A stretch of DNA of 64,000 nucleotides, taken from IMG/VR virus record IMGVR_UViG_2934156241_000002, positions 19,954-83,953 of that record; one strand, given 5' to 3'. The notes under the pieces are model-generated. The model worked only from the letters and a program-made list of their open reading frames with translations. It made no database searches and was not told the origin of the DNA. The first letter of the stretch is position 1. Each line of letters begins with the position of its first letter. A program made the position numbers and the translations under genes. Positions 36,517 through 45,800 of this stretch are shown in pieces. The DNA is from a virus. Lineage: Duplodnaviria > Caudoviricetes.

Positions 36517-37764
36517 TCACAGGAGCCGGAGGTCGTCCCAGCCGTCCGGGCCGACGCTGAACACCATGAGCCCGGACGCGGACACTTCGCCGCTGCGGGC
36601 GGTGTACCAGTCGGACCCGTTGTCGAGCGTCGGCGCCTGGAGCCACAGGCGGCCGTTGCCGACCTGCTGCGCTCGCCAGTGGTGAAAGTGCCCGGTGATG
36701 AGGATGTCCGCGTCCGCGATCGGCTGCCGGCCGAACGTCTGGCCTCGCCACCAATCCACGGCCTTGTCCGGTCGCGCGTACTGGTGTCCGTGCGCCAGGC
36801 CCACGATGGTTCCGGCGACGTCCAGCGATACCGATTCCCGCCACCGCTCCGGCATGACGAAGCTGACGTGTCCGTAGGCGTCCTCGTTGCGGGCGTAGGC
36901 ATCGGCGATCTGCGACAGGACCTCTATGCCCCAGTCGTCGCTGGGCGGTCCGACGGCCTCACGGTTGCGGCGCACCCGCCCGTGGTTGGAACCGCACGTC
37001 GCGGCGACGACCCGATCGAAGCGCCCGGCGAGGCGGTCCAGGCCCTCGAACGTGATCCGGCGGTGGACGCGGACCATCTCGGTCATCGTCAGATCGTTGG
37101 TGTGCGCCTGCTGCGCAGTGTTCTCGACGTTCTCGACGCAGTCCCCGGCATCCAACCAGTACGCGGCCGTGGGGCCACGACCGAGGGCCTTGAGGTCGCG
37201 TACGTGGTCGTCGAGCTTGTCGAAGCGATCGGCTACACGCGCAACAAGTTCGCGAGTTCCGCCGTCCCTGCCGACTTTCCCGGCCTGGGCGTCGGCGTAA
37301 ACGACGATCAGGGCCCGCTGTGCCGCGTCGAGCACGGTACGGGGCTTGCGGCGGCGGCGCAGCGCGTCGCGCACGAGGGCGTCGACGTCGCCGGTGGACA
37401 GCCATGCTGAGGCTGCCGGTTCGATGACGTACCGGCAGCGCCACACAGCGCGGGTGACCGCGTCCTCGCCCTCGGCATCACGGTGCCAGGCGGCCGGGTC
37501 ATGCCGGGCCTCAGCAAGTCGGACTCGGAATCCATCCGGGATGGCGAGTCCCATCTCCTCGACCCGCTCGCGCCAGTCGGCCTCTCCGGCGGGCGGCTGC
37601 TCGGCGGGCGGGGCGGTGACGACCATCGACCCGCCCGGCTCGTACCGCACCCCGCTTTCCCAACCACGGGGGACGGCCGGCTGGAGCCGCTGCGTCTGCG
37701 TCGGCTGAGATTGGTCGTGGGAGGCCGGTTCGAGGAGCGCTTGCAGGTCGTTGCTCAGGCTCAT
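36517..37764 (-). CDS. Calcineurin-like metallophosphoesterase (Mre11/SbcD-like)
   Basis: ADAQAGK, GDCVE, GSNHG, AHGH, GHFHH; start ATG 37764 coupled to the upstream stop. Confidence 0.85.
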   Translation of the reverse strand: MSLSNDLQALLEPASHDQSQPTQTQRLQPAVPRGWESGVRYEPGGSMVVTAPPAEQPPAGEADWRERVEEMGLAIPDGFRVRLAEARHDPAAWHRDAEGEDAVTRAVWRCRYVIEPAASAWLSTGDVDALVRDALRRRRKPRTVLDAAQRALIVVYADAQAGKVGRDGGTRELVARVADRFDKLDDHVRDLKALGRGPTAAYWLDAGDCVENVENTAQQAHTNDLTMTEMVRVHRRITFEGLDRLAGRFDRVVAATCGSNHGRVRRNREAVGPPSDDWGIEVLSQIADAYARNEDAYGHVSFVMPERWRESVSLDVAGTIVGLAHGHQYARPDKAVDWWRGQTFGRQPIADADILITGHFHHWRAQQVGNGRLWLQAPTLDNGSDWYTARSGEVSASGLMVFSVGPDGWDDLRLL

Positions 37765-38036
37765 CGCTCGCACCGGCATCCGTTGGACTGGCCACGGCGT
37801 CGGTGGCGGGCGACCGTGGACGCGGTGACCGGGTCGCCGTACCGGCTGAGCGTGTCGGCGAGGGCCCGAGCGGGGACACGGGGGGCGTCCAGCGCTGCGC
37901 GGAGGGAAGCTGCGGCCTTCTCGTCCGCGACGGCCAGGAAGGCGCCGACGCTGCAATACGGTCCTCGGTGCATAGCGGGGGCGCTGGCGAGCGCGTCCAG
38001 CTCCTCTACGAGGCCAAGGGGTTGTTTCTCGATCAC
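37761..38036 (-). CDS. Small HTH/Zn-ligand protein coupled to the phosphoesterase
   Basis: GPYCSVG...STVARHRRRG...CRC; GGAGG RBS before GTG 38036. Confidence 0.7.
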   Translation of the reverse strand: MIEKQPLGLVEELDALASAPAMHRGPYCSVGAFLAVADEKAAASLRAALDAPRVPARALADTLSRYGDPVTASTVARHRRRGQSNGCRCER

Positions 38037-38070
38037 CAGCGTCCTCCGTCGTCGTGATGGTGGTGCGTGG

Positions 38071-38106
38071 AGGGGGTGCACCCGTGTATGCCCGGGTGCA
38101 CCCCCT
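38071..38106 (-). terminator. Terminator hairpin after the major capsid gene
   Basis: agggggtgcacccg-N8-cgggtgcaccccct, 14-bp stem. Confidence 0.8.
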
Positions 38107-38120
38107 TACCGGCGTTCCGG

Positions 38121-39410
38121 TCAGCCGGTCGGCTCGGTCCACTGGCCGATGACGAAGCTCTCGGGCCGCGGGACCTCGAGCGCCAGGCGCTCGTCCGCGC
38201 GGAAGGTGATCAGCCCCTTCTCGAAGTTCTCGCCATTCTCGGAGCTGACGGTGACGGAGACGTTCTCCCGGTCGTGGAGCTGGGCGCCGAGCCCGAACGC
38301 TCCGATGAGGAAGTCCGTGTCGGCCATCGCCGTGGTCTCGACCACGTTGAGCCTCCAGACCTTCTTCTCGGCGCCGATGGCTACGGCGATGGCGACGCGG
38401 AAGGCTCCGTTGTCGTCCTCTTCGACCTCGACGTGCTCCCACATCGTCGGGGACAGGACGATGCCGGTCGGCTCGTACTCGGCCAGAAGCGCCTTGGTGA
38501 TTGCGCGCCGGATCTGGACGGAGTACTTGTCGCTGTTCAGTCCGGTGTACTGCTGCACGCCGGGGGTGTTGTAGATGCCGGTCAGGGACTGGCCGTCACC
38601 GACGGAGTGCAGGAGGTCCCAGTCCTCGGCGAACTTCACGCCCTCGGTCATCCTGGTGTTGATGAACGTCTTCAGGCGCGGTTCGTCGGACAGGATGTTC
38701 TTGTGGGCGTCCAGCAGGTGGGCTACTTCGGCGACCGGGTACATCACCGGGGTCAGCGAAAGCTTCGACCGAGGGGCACGGCCCCAGGTGTCGGTGTCCG
38801 CACCGGTCGCCGGCGAACTGCCGTCGGCGGCGTAGCGCTCCTTCACCTGGCGGGCGTTGTTCGTCCAGCCAGTCTCTCGGGCGCCGTAGAGAACGGTCTG
38901 CTTGGTCGAGGACTTCGGGAACAGGTCGCGCACGTGCCACTTGCGGTAGGCCCGCTCGGCGATGCCCAGGTTCTGGACGCTGCCGAGGGTCTGGTGCGTG
39001 ACCGTGCCCGCGGACAGGGAGAAGATCGACTTCCCCTCCATCGCCGCGCGGATGTACGGACGGTCGTCGAACCCGGCGGAGGTGGCGCGCTTGAAGGCGT
39101 CGGACTCGACGAACAGGTCACCGAGCGACTTCTGCTCCATGCCGCGCACCTGGCCGTAGTGGCTGGCCGCAGCCGGCTGGGTGTCCGGCGCGTCGAGGTA
39201 CTGCTTGATCTCGACCAGGCCCTGCTCGGCGTCGATGAGGCTCTTGATCTCCTGCGCCTCGCTGGAGACCTTGCGGAAGGCAGTGGCCTGTTCGGTCGAG
39301 ACGACGAAGTTGCCGTCTTCGACCTTGAACGCCTGGCTGATCGTCTCGGCCTCGGCGCTCTTGACCTGGAGCTGCTTCTGCAGCTCCTTGATGCGAGCGT
39401 TGTCGGGCAT
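38121..39410 (-). CDS. Major capsid protein (HK97 fold, N-terminal delta domain)
   Basis: Coiled-coil N-terminus, KSLGDLFVES, GDGQSLTGI, FEKGLITFRADERLALEVPRPESFV; start ATG 39410. Confidence 0.93.
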   Translation of the reverse strand: MPDNARIKELQKQLQVKSAEAETISQAFKVEDGNFVVSTEQATAFRKVSSEAQEIKSLIDAEQGLVEIKQYLDAPDTQPAAASHYGQVRGMEQKSLGDLFVESDAFKRATSAGFDDRPYIRAAMEGKSIFSLSAGTVTHQTLGSVQNLGIAERAYRKWHVRDLFPKSSTKQTVLYGARETGWTNNARQVKERYAADGSSPATGADTDTWGRAPRSKLSLTPVMYPVAEVAHLLDAHKNILSDEPRLKTFINTRMTEGVKFAEDWDLLHSVGDGQSLTGIYNTPGVQQYTGLNSDKYSVQIRRAITKALLAEYEPTGIVLSPTMWEHVEVEEDDNGAFRVAIAVAIGAEKKVWRLNVVETTAMADTDFLIGAFGLGAQLHDRENVSVTVSSENGENFEKGLITFRADERLALEVPRPESFVIGQWTEPTG

Positions 39411-39512
39411 TGCTGGTTCTCCCTGGTGCTGGGGGCGGTTGACGTGCGTCGCTCGCCCGGCCAGCACCGGGACGCCTCAACGCGAGGCGGAATAGAAGAC
39501 GGCGGGGGTGGT

Positions 39513-39522
39513 TAACGTCGCG
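39513..39522 (-). promoter_or_regulatory. Late-promoter upstream box (capsid)
   Basis: CGCGACGTTA-N15-TTCTAT; the -10 is atypical. Confidence 0.6.
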
Positions 39523-39632
39523 TGCTGCCCGCTCAGGCCGTCAGGAGCGGGCAGCACATTGGGTTTGACCTGCTGTTTTGTAACTCATGACGCTGGGCGG
39601 GGCGCTGCAGACAGTGCGTGGAGGTGTGCGAC

Positions 39633-41576
39633 TCAGCCCCGCATCAAGGCGAGTGCGGACTTCACCTCGTCCTCGCTCATGCGCACTGTCCCCTCCTCGT
39701 CCTCGTCCTCGTCGTCGATGTCGTCTTCGACGGGCGGCGGGGGCCCCGTGGTCGGCGCTTCGCCGGGTACTTCGTCGTCGTCCTCTTCGCTGAATGTGTA
39801 CTCGTCCCACAGGTCCATTCCGGTCGGTCCGGCCGTCGGAGCGGAGGCGGGCACCGCCTCGACCTTCTCCCGGTCGTCGTCAACGTTCAGGCCCTTCGCG
39901 GAGAGAGCGGCGATCAGCGTGCGCACCTTGTCCCGTACTCCCTCCAGATGAGTCGGCTCCGCCTCCACGGAGGTGATGCGGGCGGTCGCGTCGGCGAGCG
40001 CTTCGACGGTGGGCTGCACGATTCGGGCGTCGACGTCCTCGGCTTCTGTGGCCGCGCGCTGCGCGCCCGTCCCTTCCGGAAGGACAACGGTGGCAAGTTC
40101 AACGGGCTGTGGCGTACCGAGGCTGATGTCGCCCGGACCGGTGGCCGTGTAGGGGATCGAGTAGTGGCTGCTGGTGCCCAGCTCCTCGGCGTGCACGGAC
40201 ACGATGACGCGGTCCGGGTACGTGCCCTCGATGCACGTCCACGTCTCGCCGCCCTGGTTGAGGAGTTCGCGGACACTGTCGGACAGGCGGGCGCGGAACT
40301 GTTCCAGGGACTCGGGCAGGGGATTGGGGGACATCGCGGAAACCTCCGGGAGGGACATGAAACGGCTCTTGGCCTCGGCAACCGTGGAACGGGCGGACTT
40401 GTGCTCGATGCGCGGCACAGCCCGTGCGGCGGCCACCGCGGCGCGCGCAGACTTCGCTTCCGCGGCGCCGAGCACGGCATAGGTACTCATCACGCCGGCG
40501 GCGAACTGCTGCGCCTCGGTGTTGGGCTTCGGGCTGGCGGTGCCCTGGGGCAGACTGGCACCGGCCAGAAGAGACCACGGAAAGTCCCGGCACTCAGGCC
40601 GGAGCAGCGGCATGTCGGGGAGGGCCGTGATCGGCCACCAGGCGGTGACCTCGGTGGCGTCGCCTGTGGGGTCGTCCGGATTGGCCACGCGCCGCTCGCT
40701 GTGCGGACGGTTGAGGGGGATGTAGGACTCGCCGGGGACCATGGCGACGAACCCGCGGTAGATGCCGTTCGGAGCGGTCCAGGAACCGACGACGCTCGTC
40801 GGGCCGGGAAGGTCCGCGCCTACTTCTTCCTGCCACTCGCGCACAGCGGCGGCGAGCGGGTCCTCGCCGTCCTCCAGGTGCCCGCCCGGGATCTCCCAGG
40901 TACCTGCGGCTGGATCGTCGTCGTCGAGGGCACGCTGGAGCAGCAGGAGACGACCGGTGTCCTCGGCCTTGACCGCCAGTCCGGCAACCTTGATACGGCC
41001 TCCGTCCGTCGGCTGGTCGAGCTCTACGGCGCCCGGCGTCGCCTTGTACTCCATGCCCGGATTGGCCGCGGCCTTCACCTCGAGCGCGCGGGTCATGGGG
41101 TGCGCGCCGTGAAGGACGGGGCTCACCTCGAACAGGTCGAGTCGGTGGATGACGCGGACGCCATCACTGCGGCGGGTGGCGCCTTCGGTTGGTACCCGGT
41201 AGCCGATGGAGAACGCGGCTTCGTCGTGCTTGAACCACTGCATCACCTGCTCGTAGGCGTCGCGGCCCTTACTCGTGCGCCGGTTGTACTCGACGCTGGC
41301 GACCAGGGCGCCGGCCTCGGCCGGCCAGTCGGGGACGTCGGCGAACCGGGGGTCGCCGGGCATCCACTCCTCGACGTCAAGAACGACGCCGACGACCTCT
41401 TTCCATTCGTGGTGCCAGACGGCTTTGACGCGGCGGTTGGCGAGGGTGCGTGTGAAGGCGCCGGGGGTGATGAGGTCGTTGACCTCGTCGACTATGCCGG
41501 TGACGGCGTAGATTGCCCGGCTGGTGCCTCGCAGGGGGTTCGGGTGTGACGATCTGGTGGGTGGAGCGCTCGGCAC
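39633..41576 (-). CDS. HK97-type prohead protease fused to a Nudix hydrolase
   Basis: DLITPGAF, WHH, FSIGY, LFEVSPVLHGA; Nudix box GGHLEDGEDPLAAAVREWQEEVG; GGAGG RBS before GTG 41576. Confidence 0.88.
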   Translation of the reverse strand: MPSAPPTRSSHPNPLRGTSRAIYAVTGIVDEVNDLITPGAFTRTLANRRVKAVWHHEWKEVVGVVLDVEEWMPGDPRFADVPDWPAEAGALVASVEYNRRTSKGRDAYEQVMQWFKHDEAAFSIGYRVPTEGATRRSDGVRVIHRLDLFEVSPVLHGAHPMTRALEVKAAANPGMEYKATPGAVELDQPTDGGRIKVAGLAVKAEDTGRLLLLQRALDDDDPAAGTWEIPGGHLEDGEDPLAAAVREWQEEVGADLPGPTSVVGSWTAPNGIYRGFVAMVPGESYIPLNRPHSERRVANPDDPTGDATEVTAWWPITALPDMPLLRPECRDFPWSLLAGASLPQGTASPKPNTEAQQFAAGVMSTYAVLGAAEAKSARAAVAAARAVPRIEHKSARSTVAEAKSRFMSLPEVSAMSPNPLPESLEQFRARLSDSVRELLNQGGETWTCIEGTYPDRVIVSVHAEELGTSSHYSIPYTATGPGDISLGTPQPVELATVVLPEGTGAQRAATEAEDVDARIVQPTVEALADATARITSVEAEPTHLEGVRDKVRTLIAALSAKGLNVDDDREKVEAVPASAPTAGPTGMDLWDEYTFSEEDDDEVPGEAPTTGPPPPVEDDIDDEDEDEEGTVRMSEDEVKSALALMRG

Positions 41577-41635
41577 GGCGGGAAACCTCCGGCGGTGGAC
41601 AGTGGGCCGCCGGGCACCGTGCCGTTCGCGTCTGC

Positions 41636-41845
41636 CTAATGTCCTGTGCTGGCCGTGGGCTGGTCCGTGGCGTCTTCCGTCTCCGACCGCGCCATGGACC
41701 AACCGCGCATCCAGTAGCGGTGCCCGAACTGCTGCTCCGCGTTGCCGGCCCGGTTGTAGGGGCTGGAGTCGGCCGGGTCTCCGGCCTGGTAGGCGGCCTT
41801 GCCTTCCTGCTGCAGCGTCAGGCAGGCCTGGCGGTTCAACTCCAC
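41636..41845 (-). CDS. Rmf/CrpP-fold-like small protein
   Basis: EGKAAYQAG...SPY...YWMRGW; GAGGGAG RBS before GTG 41845. Confidence 0.6.
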   Translation of the reverse strand: MELNRQACLTLQQEGKAAYQAGDPADSSPYNRAGNAEQQFGHRYWMRGWSMARSETEDATDQPTASTGH

Positions 41846-41858
41846 GTCGTCAGCTCCC

Positions 41859-42449
41859 TCACTGGAACATCGAATCCTGTACGCCACGATCGGACGGAGG
41901 GGCGTTCTCGGGCTGATCGGTGCCTTCGGCCTGGCTGTGCGTGCGGGTCATCTGCGCGCCGTCGACGTCGATCGCCCACGCGTCCGGGTCGGTGTAGCGC
42001 CACACCTGGCCGGTTCCGTCCCGGACCCACCCTGTGAGTGTGCCGTCCGGGGCCCGGTCCAGCCAAGCCTGTTCGCCGTTGCTGCCGGTGTATGCGGACC
42101 ATGAGTCGGCCGGGTCGGTCTCGTCGCCCTCGTCGTACATGTCTCCGGCCCACGGGCGTGAGTCGTCGGGCGGGGGTTCTACTTCGGCAGTCGGTTCCTC
42201 GCTGGGCAGGGGGGCGGCGCTCTCGGAGCCCTCCGCAGGGGGCTCGGCGGCGGGATCCGCCGGAGACGCAGCAGGGTCTCCTGGTGGCGTTTGCGGGTCA
42301 GAGGGAAGCTCCCCGAAGGCGGCCGAGGGGTCTTCCTCCTCGAGCACCTCGTCGTCGGCGGTTTCCGCCTGGTCGTCGTCTTCTTCGTCGTCCCCGAACG
42401 GCTTACCGCCCTTGGGGAGAGCCTTGATGGCGAATCCGTATCTGGTCAC
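41859..42449 (-). CDS. Acidic hypothetical head-module protein
   Basis: D/E/P-rich N-terminus; Trp-rich domain AWLDRAPDGTLTGWVRD; predicted leaderless GTG 42449. Confidence 0.7.
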   Translation of the reverse strand: MTRYGFAIKALPKGGKPFGDDEEDDDQAETADDEVLEEEDPSAAFGELPSDPQTPPGDPAASPADPAAEPPAEGSESAAPLPSEEPTAEVEPPPDDSRPWAGDMYDEGDETDPADSWSAYTGSNGEQAWLDRAPDGTLTGWVRDGTGQVWRYTDPDAWAIDVDGAQMTRTHSQAEGTDQPENAPPSDRGVQDSMFQ

Positions 42450-42475
42450 GGGCGGAGGATGGCGGGTGCCGCCGC

Positions 42476-42485
42476 TTGTGTCCCG
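42476..42485 (-). promoter_or_regulatory. Late-promoter upstream box, leaderless start
   Basis: CGGGACACAA-N14-CATCCT-N6-GTG(42449). Confidence 0.65.
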
Positions 42486-42520
42486 GCCACACCCGCCACC
42501 AATCCGCCCAAGATCATGCC

Positions 42521-42534
42521 TGCACAATTGTGCA
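42521..42534. promoter_or_regulatory. 14-bp palindrome (copy 2 of the 36481 site)
   Basis: TGCACAATTGTGCA; its flanks match copy 1 in inverted orientation. Confidence 0.6.
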
Positions 42535-42544
42535 AGCGCTCGGA

Positions 42545-42814
42545 TTACCCGGAAACACGGGCTTCCCGAGGCGCACCGCGCCCCTCTTCCAGGACGCTGG
42601 TGTACTCCCGCAGCACGGCGAGCACAGTCGCCTCATCGTCCCCGCTGACCGCCCGCACGGGGCCGGTCGGAGACAGGGAGATGGGGCGGCTCTGGTGGAG
42701 CTCCACCAAGGCCGCTGCACGATGCGACCCGATCACCGGGCGGTCGGCCCGCCCGGTGATCTGCACTGTGTAGGTCGCGCCGTCGTCGAACCTGCCGGTG
42801 ACGGTGAACGGCAA
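42545..42814 (-). CDS. Small protein directly downstream of the giant gene
   Basis: AAGGAG RBS overlapping the giant-gene stop; TTG start; MPFTVTGRFDDGATY..., 89 aa. Confidence 0.7.
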   Translation of the reverse strand: MPFTVTGRFDDGATYTVQITGRADRPVIGSHRAAALVELHQSRPISLSPTGPVRAVSGDDEATVLAVLREYTSVLEEGRGAPREARVSG

Positions 42815-42824
42815 GGCGTTCTCC

Positions 42825-45800
42825 TTATCGTGTGGCGAGCAGGCCCAGAAGGAATGCCCGCAGGTCGTCGTCCAAATACCAGTCGCCGCTGAACATCGCC
42901 TGAACGGATCGGGCGAGAGTGTCACCGGTGTCCGTTTGTGTCTGCGTCCGGGACAGGAGTCGCCCCAGCGCGGTGTACCGCATGCGTCGCGCCCCGGGCC
43001 GGCCGGTGTGGGTCTGCGTGAACCAGAACACCCTCTGTGCGGCGTCGAGGTCACCGAGATGCTGCGCAAGGTGCTGCGCCAGAGCGTTGCCAGCGGTTCC
43101 AAGCCCTCCGTCGGCGAGGTCGGCGACCGTGATGCGCTGCCCGTTCGCGTCGTAGCGGCCCTCAGGCCCGTTCACGGCCGTCACCCGGCGGGTGGCCGGA
43201 GTGTTGAGCCAGGATCGCGGGATGAGGCGCTGAACGCCCCGTACCGACCCTTCCGCATCGGAGTCGCTGTCCGGCGCGAACACGAGGCTGGTGTTGCCTT
43301 CCGGTCCCATGTCGCGGATGTCAGCGAGGGCGGCCGCGACCGCGTCAGGCACCGCCGCGGCGTACCGGGCGCGCAGTGCCTCGTACTCGCGTCGGGCGCC
43401 GTTAACCTCCATGCGGGCAGCGGTGATCTCGACCTCGAGTTCCGGGTCATCCGGGAGGGTCGAGCTGCTGCGTGCTGCCTGCAGGTTGACCAGGCGCCGC
43501 TCGCTGGTGGCCACGTAGTCGTCCGCGTGCTGCAGAGTGCTATGCGGGTCCTCGCCGAAGTCGTCGCCCAGAGCTCCAGCCAGACGGCGGGTCACCTCTT
43601 GGTCGACGTCGCTGCCGGCCGCACGAAGAGCGGCCATGTGACGCAGTGCGGTAAGGCCGGGGCCGCCGTCGACGGCACGGTCCGGTGTCCAGTGGACACG
43701 GTCCGACCGTTCCGGGAGGCGACCGGCGGCAAGCTGCGTCCACGTGGTGGGGCGCCACCACGTGACCCTGCGGGGGGCCTGTCCGAAGCGGCCGGGCTCC
43801 GGCATCAGCCCTGCCCAGTGGGCGACTCGGGAAGCCAGCGACTCACCGTCGGTGGTGGGCAGCGTGACCGCTCGGTGAAGACGGGCGAGCCGGCGGGACT
43901 CCGGCCACTGGCGGACGCGGCGAACGAGCCGGCCGAGGAACGCGCGAAGACGCCTCATTCGCTCGCGCGCGCCGCGCCACTTTTCGCCGATCTCCTGGGC
44001 ACCGGCCTTCACCAGTTCCACAAGGCGCTTCGCCATCCGGATAAGAAGTGCCACGATCCGGGCCAGGAGCCCCGGCTGCCGACCGGCGTCCGGAGACACA
44101 GTGGCCACACGGCGTGCGATACGGCGAGCGGTGGACTGCCGGGTTCCAGCGAGCTGCTGAGTCAGACCCCGTGCGATCCGGTCGGCGTCGCCCGGGTCGA
44201 CGCCCGCGGCCTGGAGCTGCCGCAGCAGGGCATTCACCGCATCGGCAGTGTGCCCGGCAACGGTGCGCGCGATGTCGTCATCGCCGTCCGCCTCGGGCCG
44301 GAGTGCGCCTGCAATGCCGTCAGGTATGAGGCTCAGCAGGTCTCGTGCGCGTGCCGCCAGGTCCTCGTCGCTTTCGTCGGGAAGTGGCTCGAGGTCGTTG
44401 ATGGTGCGCAGCGCGGCCCGGACGGTTGCCCTGTGAGAATCGATACGGGCCCGCTGGAGGGCCTGCAGCGCTGCATCGCGATCGGGTCCGGTGACGCCCG
44501 CAGCGTCGAGGGCGGCGATGGAGTCCTGGCGGGCCGACCGTCGGGCATTGCGCAGGGCGGCACGGGTGAGGCGCTGCGCGATGCGCTCGCGCAGGGCGTG
44601 AATGTCCCCGGGCGGCTCGGTGCCGGCTATCGCTTCGTCGATGATGCGTGCGGCCAGGCCGCGGACGTGGTCGTTGACGATCCGGTCGACGTCGTTCTGC
44701 GGACCCGGGTTGGGGTCGCGGGGAGCTCCGATCGGGGGGAGGGCGGGGGTGGGCCGGTTCCGCTCGTAGACGCTGACCTCGCGGCCGGAGTGCAGTCCGA
44801 AGTCGTGCACGTTGCCGTCGTCGTCGATGCCGGTGAGCTGCATCCACCACCCGTTGCGGTGCGGGGCGCTGATGATCGTCAGGCGTCGGTGCCCGTTGAG
44901 CTGGTACCCGGTCCGGGAGGTGGGGGCGTCGATTAGGTCGCCGACCCGAAGGTTGCCTGGCCGTACCCGGGTCACGGGCAGCGAAGGTGTTGCCGGGGCG
45001 CTCGGAGCGGCCGGTGTGCTCGGAGCCGGGGAGGTGTCGTCGGAGTCCGGCGCCGTCGGTGCGTCCGGCTCGGCCTCGGGAAGCTGCCATACCGGCATGG
45101 CGCCGTGAACGATGCGGCGGCGCCACTGCTGGTTCTCGTCCGCAAGGAGCAGGCTGCGCACGCCGCCGGGGCCGTCTTCGGCGTCGATGACGCGGAACAC
45201 GTGCACTTGGTCGCCGCGGCGTTCGTCGGGCATTGCCACCATGTCGCCCTCGCTGAGCTGGGCGGCGTTCGAGGGGCGCGGCCGGTCCAGGCCCGGGGGC
45301 GGGGTCCGGCCGGCGGCCTGATCGAGGTGGTCAGCGGCCCGCAGTGCGGCCCGCCCTTCCATCGTTGAGGGGTCGGCTGTCGAGCGGAGCTGAGCAGCGA
45401 GTGCTGCGGCCTGCTCCGGCGTGACCGGAAGGTCGCCGGTGATACGCGCTGCCGCCTGCTGTGCGTCCGGATCGTCGTCCGGCCCGTCGGCATGATCGTC
45501 GATGACGGCCCGGTCGTCCGGGGTGAGGGCGGGATCGACAGTCGGTCCCGTCACGGGGTCCACACGGTTCCGCGGGCCATGCACAGTCATGTCGTCGTCC
45601 GCGTCGGGGGCGTCGTCGGGGCCGAGGTCGGGGGTTTCGCCGTCCCTGCCCTGCGCCCGCGGGAGCACCGCGGAGGCGTCGACCTCGATCTCGCCCACCT
45701 CTCCTGTGGTCGTGTCCGCGTACTCGATGGTCACCCGGTCCCCGTCCCTGCGGGTGCCGGTGACCGCGATGGTGGCGATCGTGTCGTCGAGGTCCAGGAC

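Noticed and set aside
36517-41702. Long N-terminal extensions in the ORF track (36517..38442, 39633..41702, and likewise 19514..23038, 30521..31471, 35940..36902)
   Set aside because: They overlap other genes; downstream starts with an RBS or translational coupling fit better.
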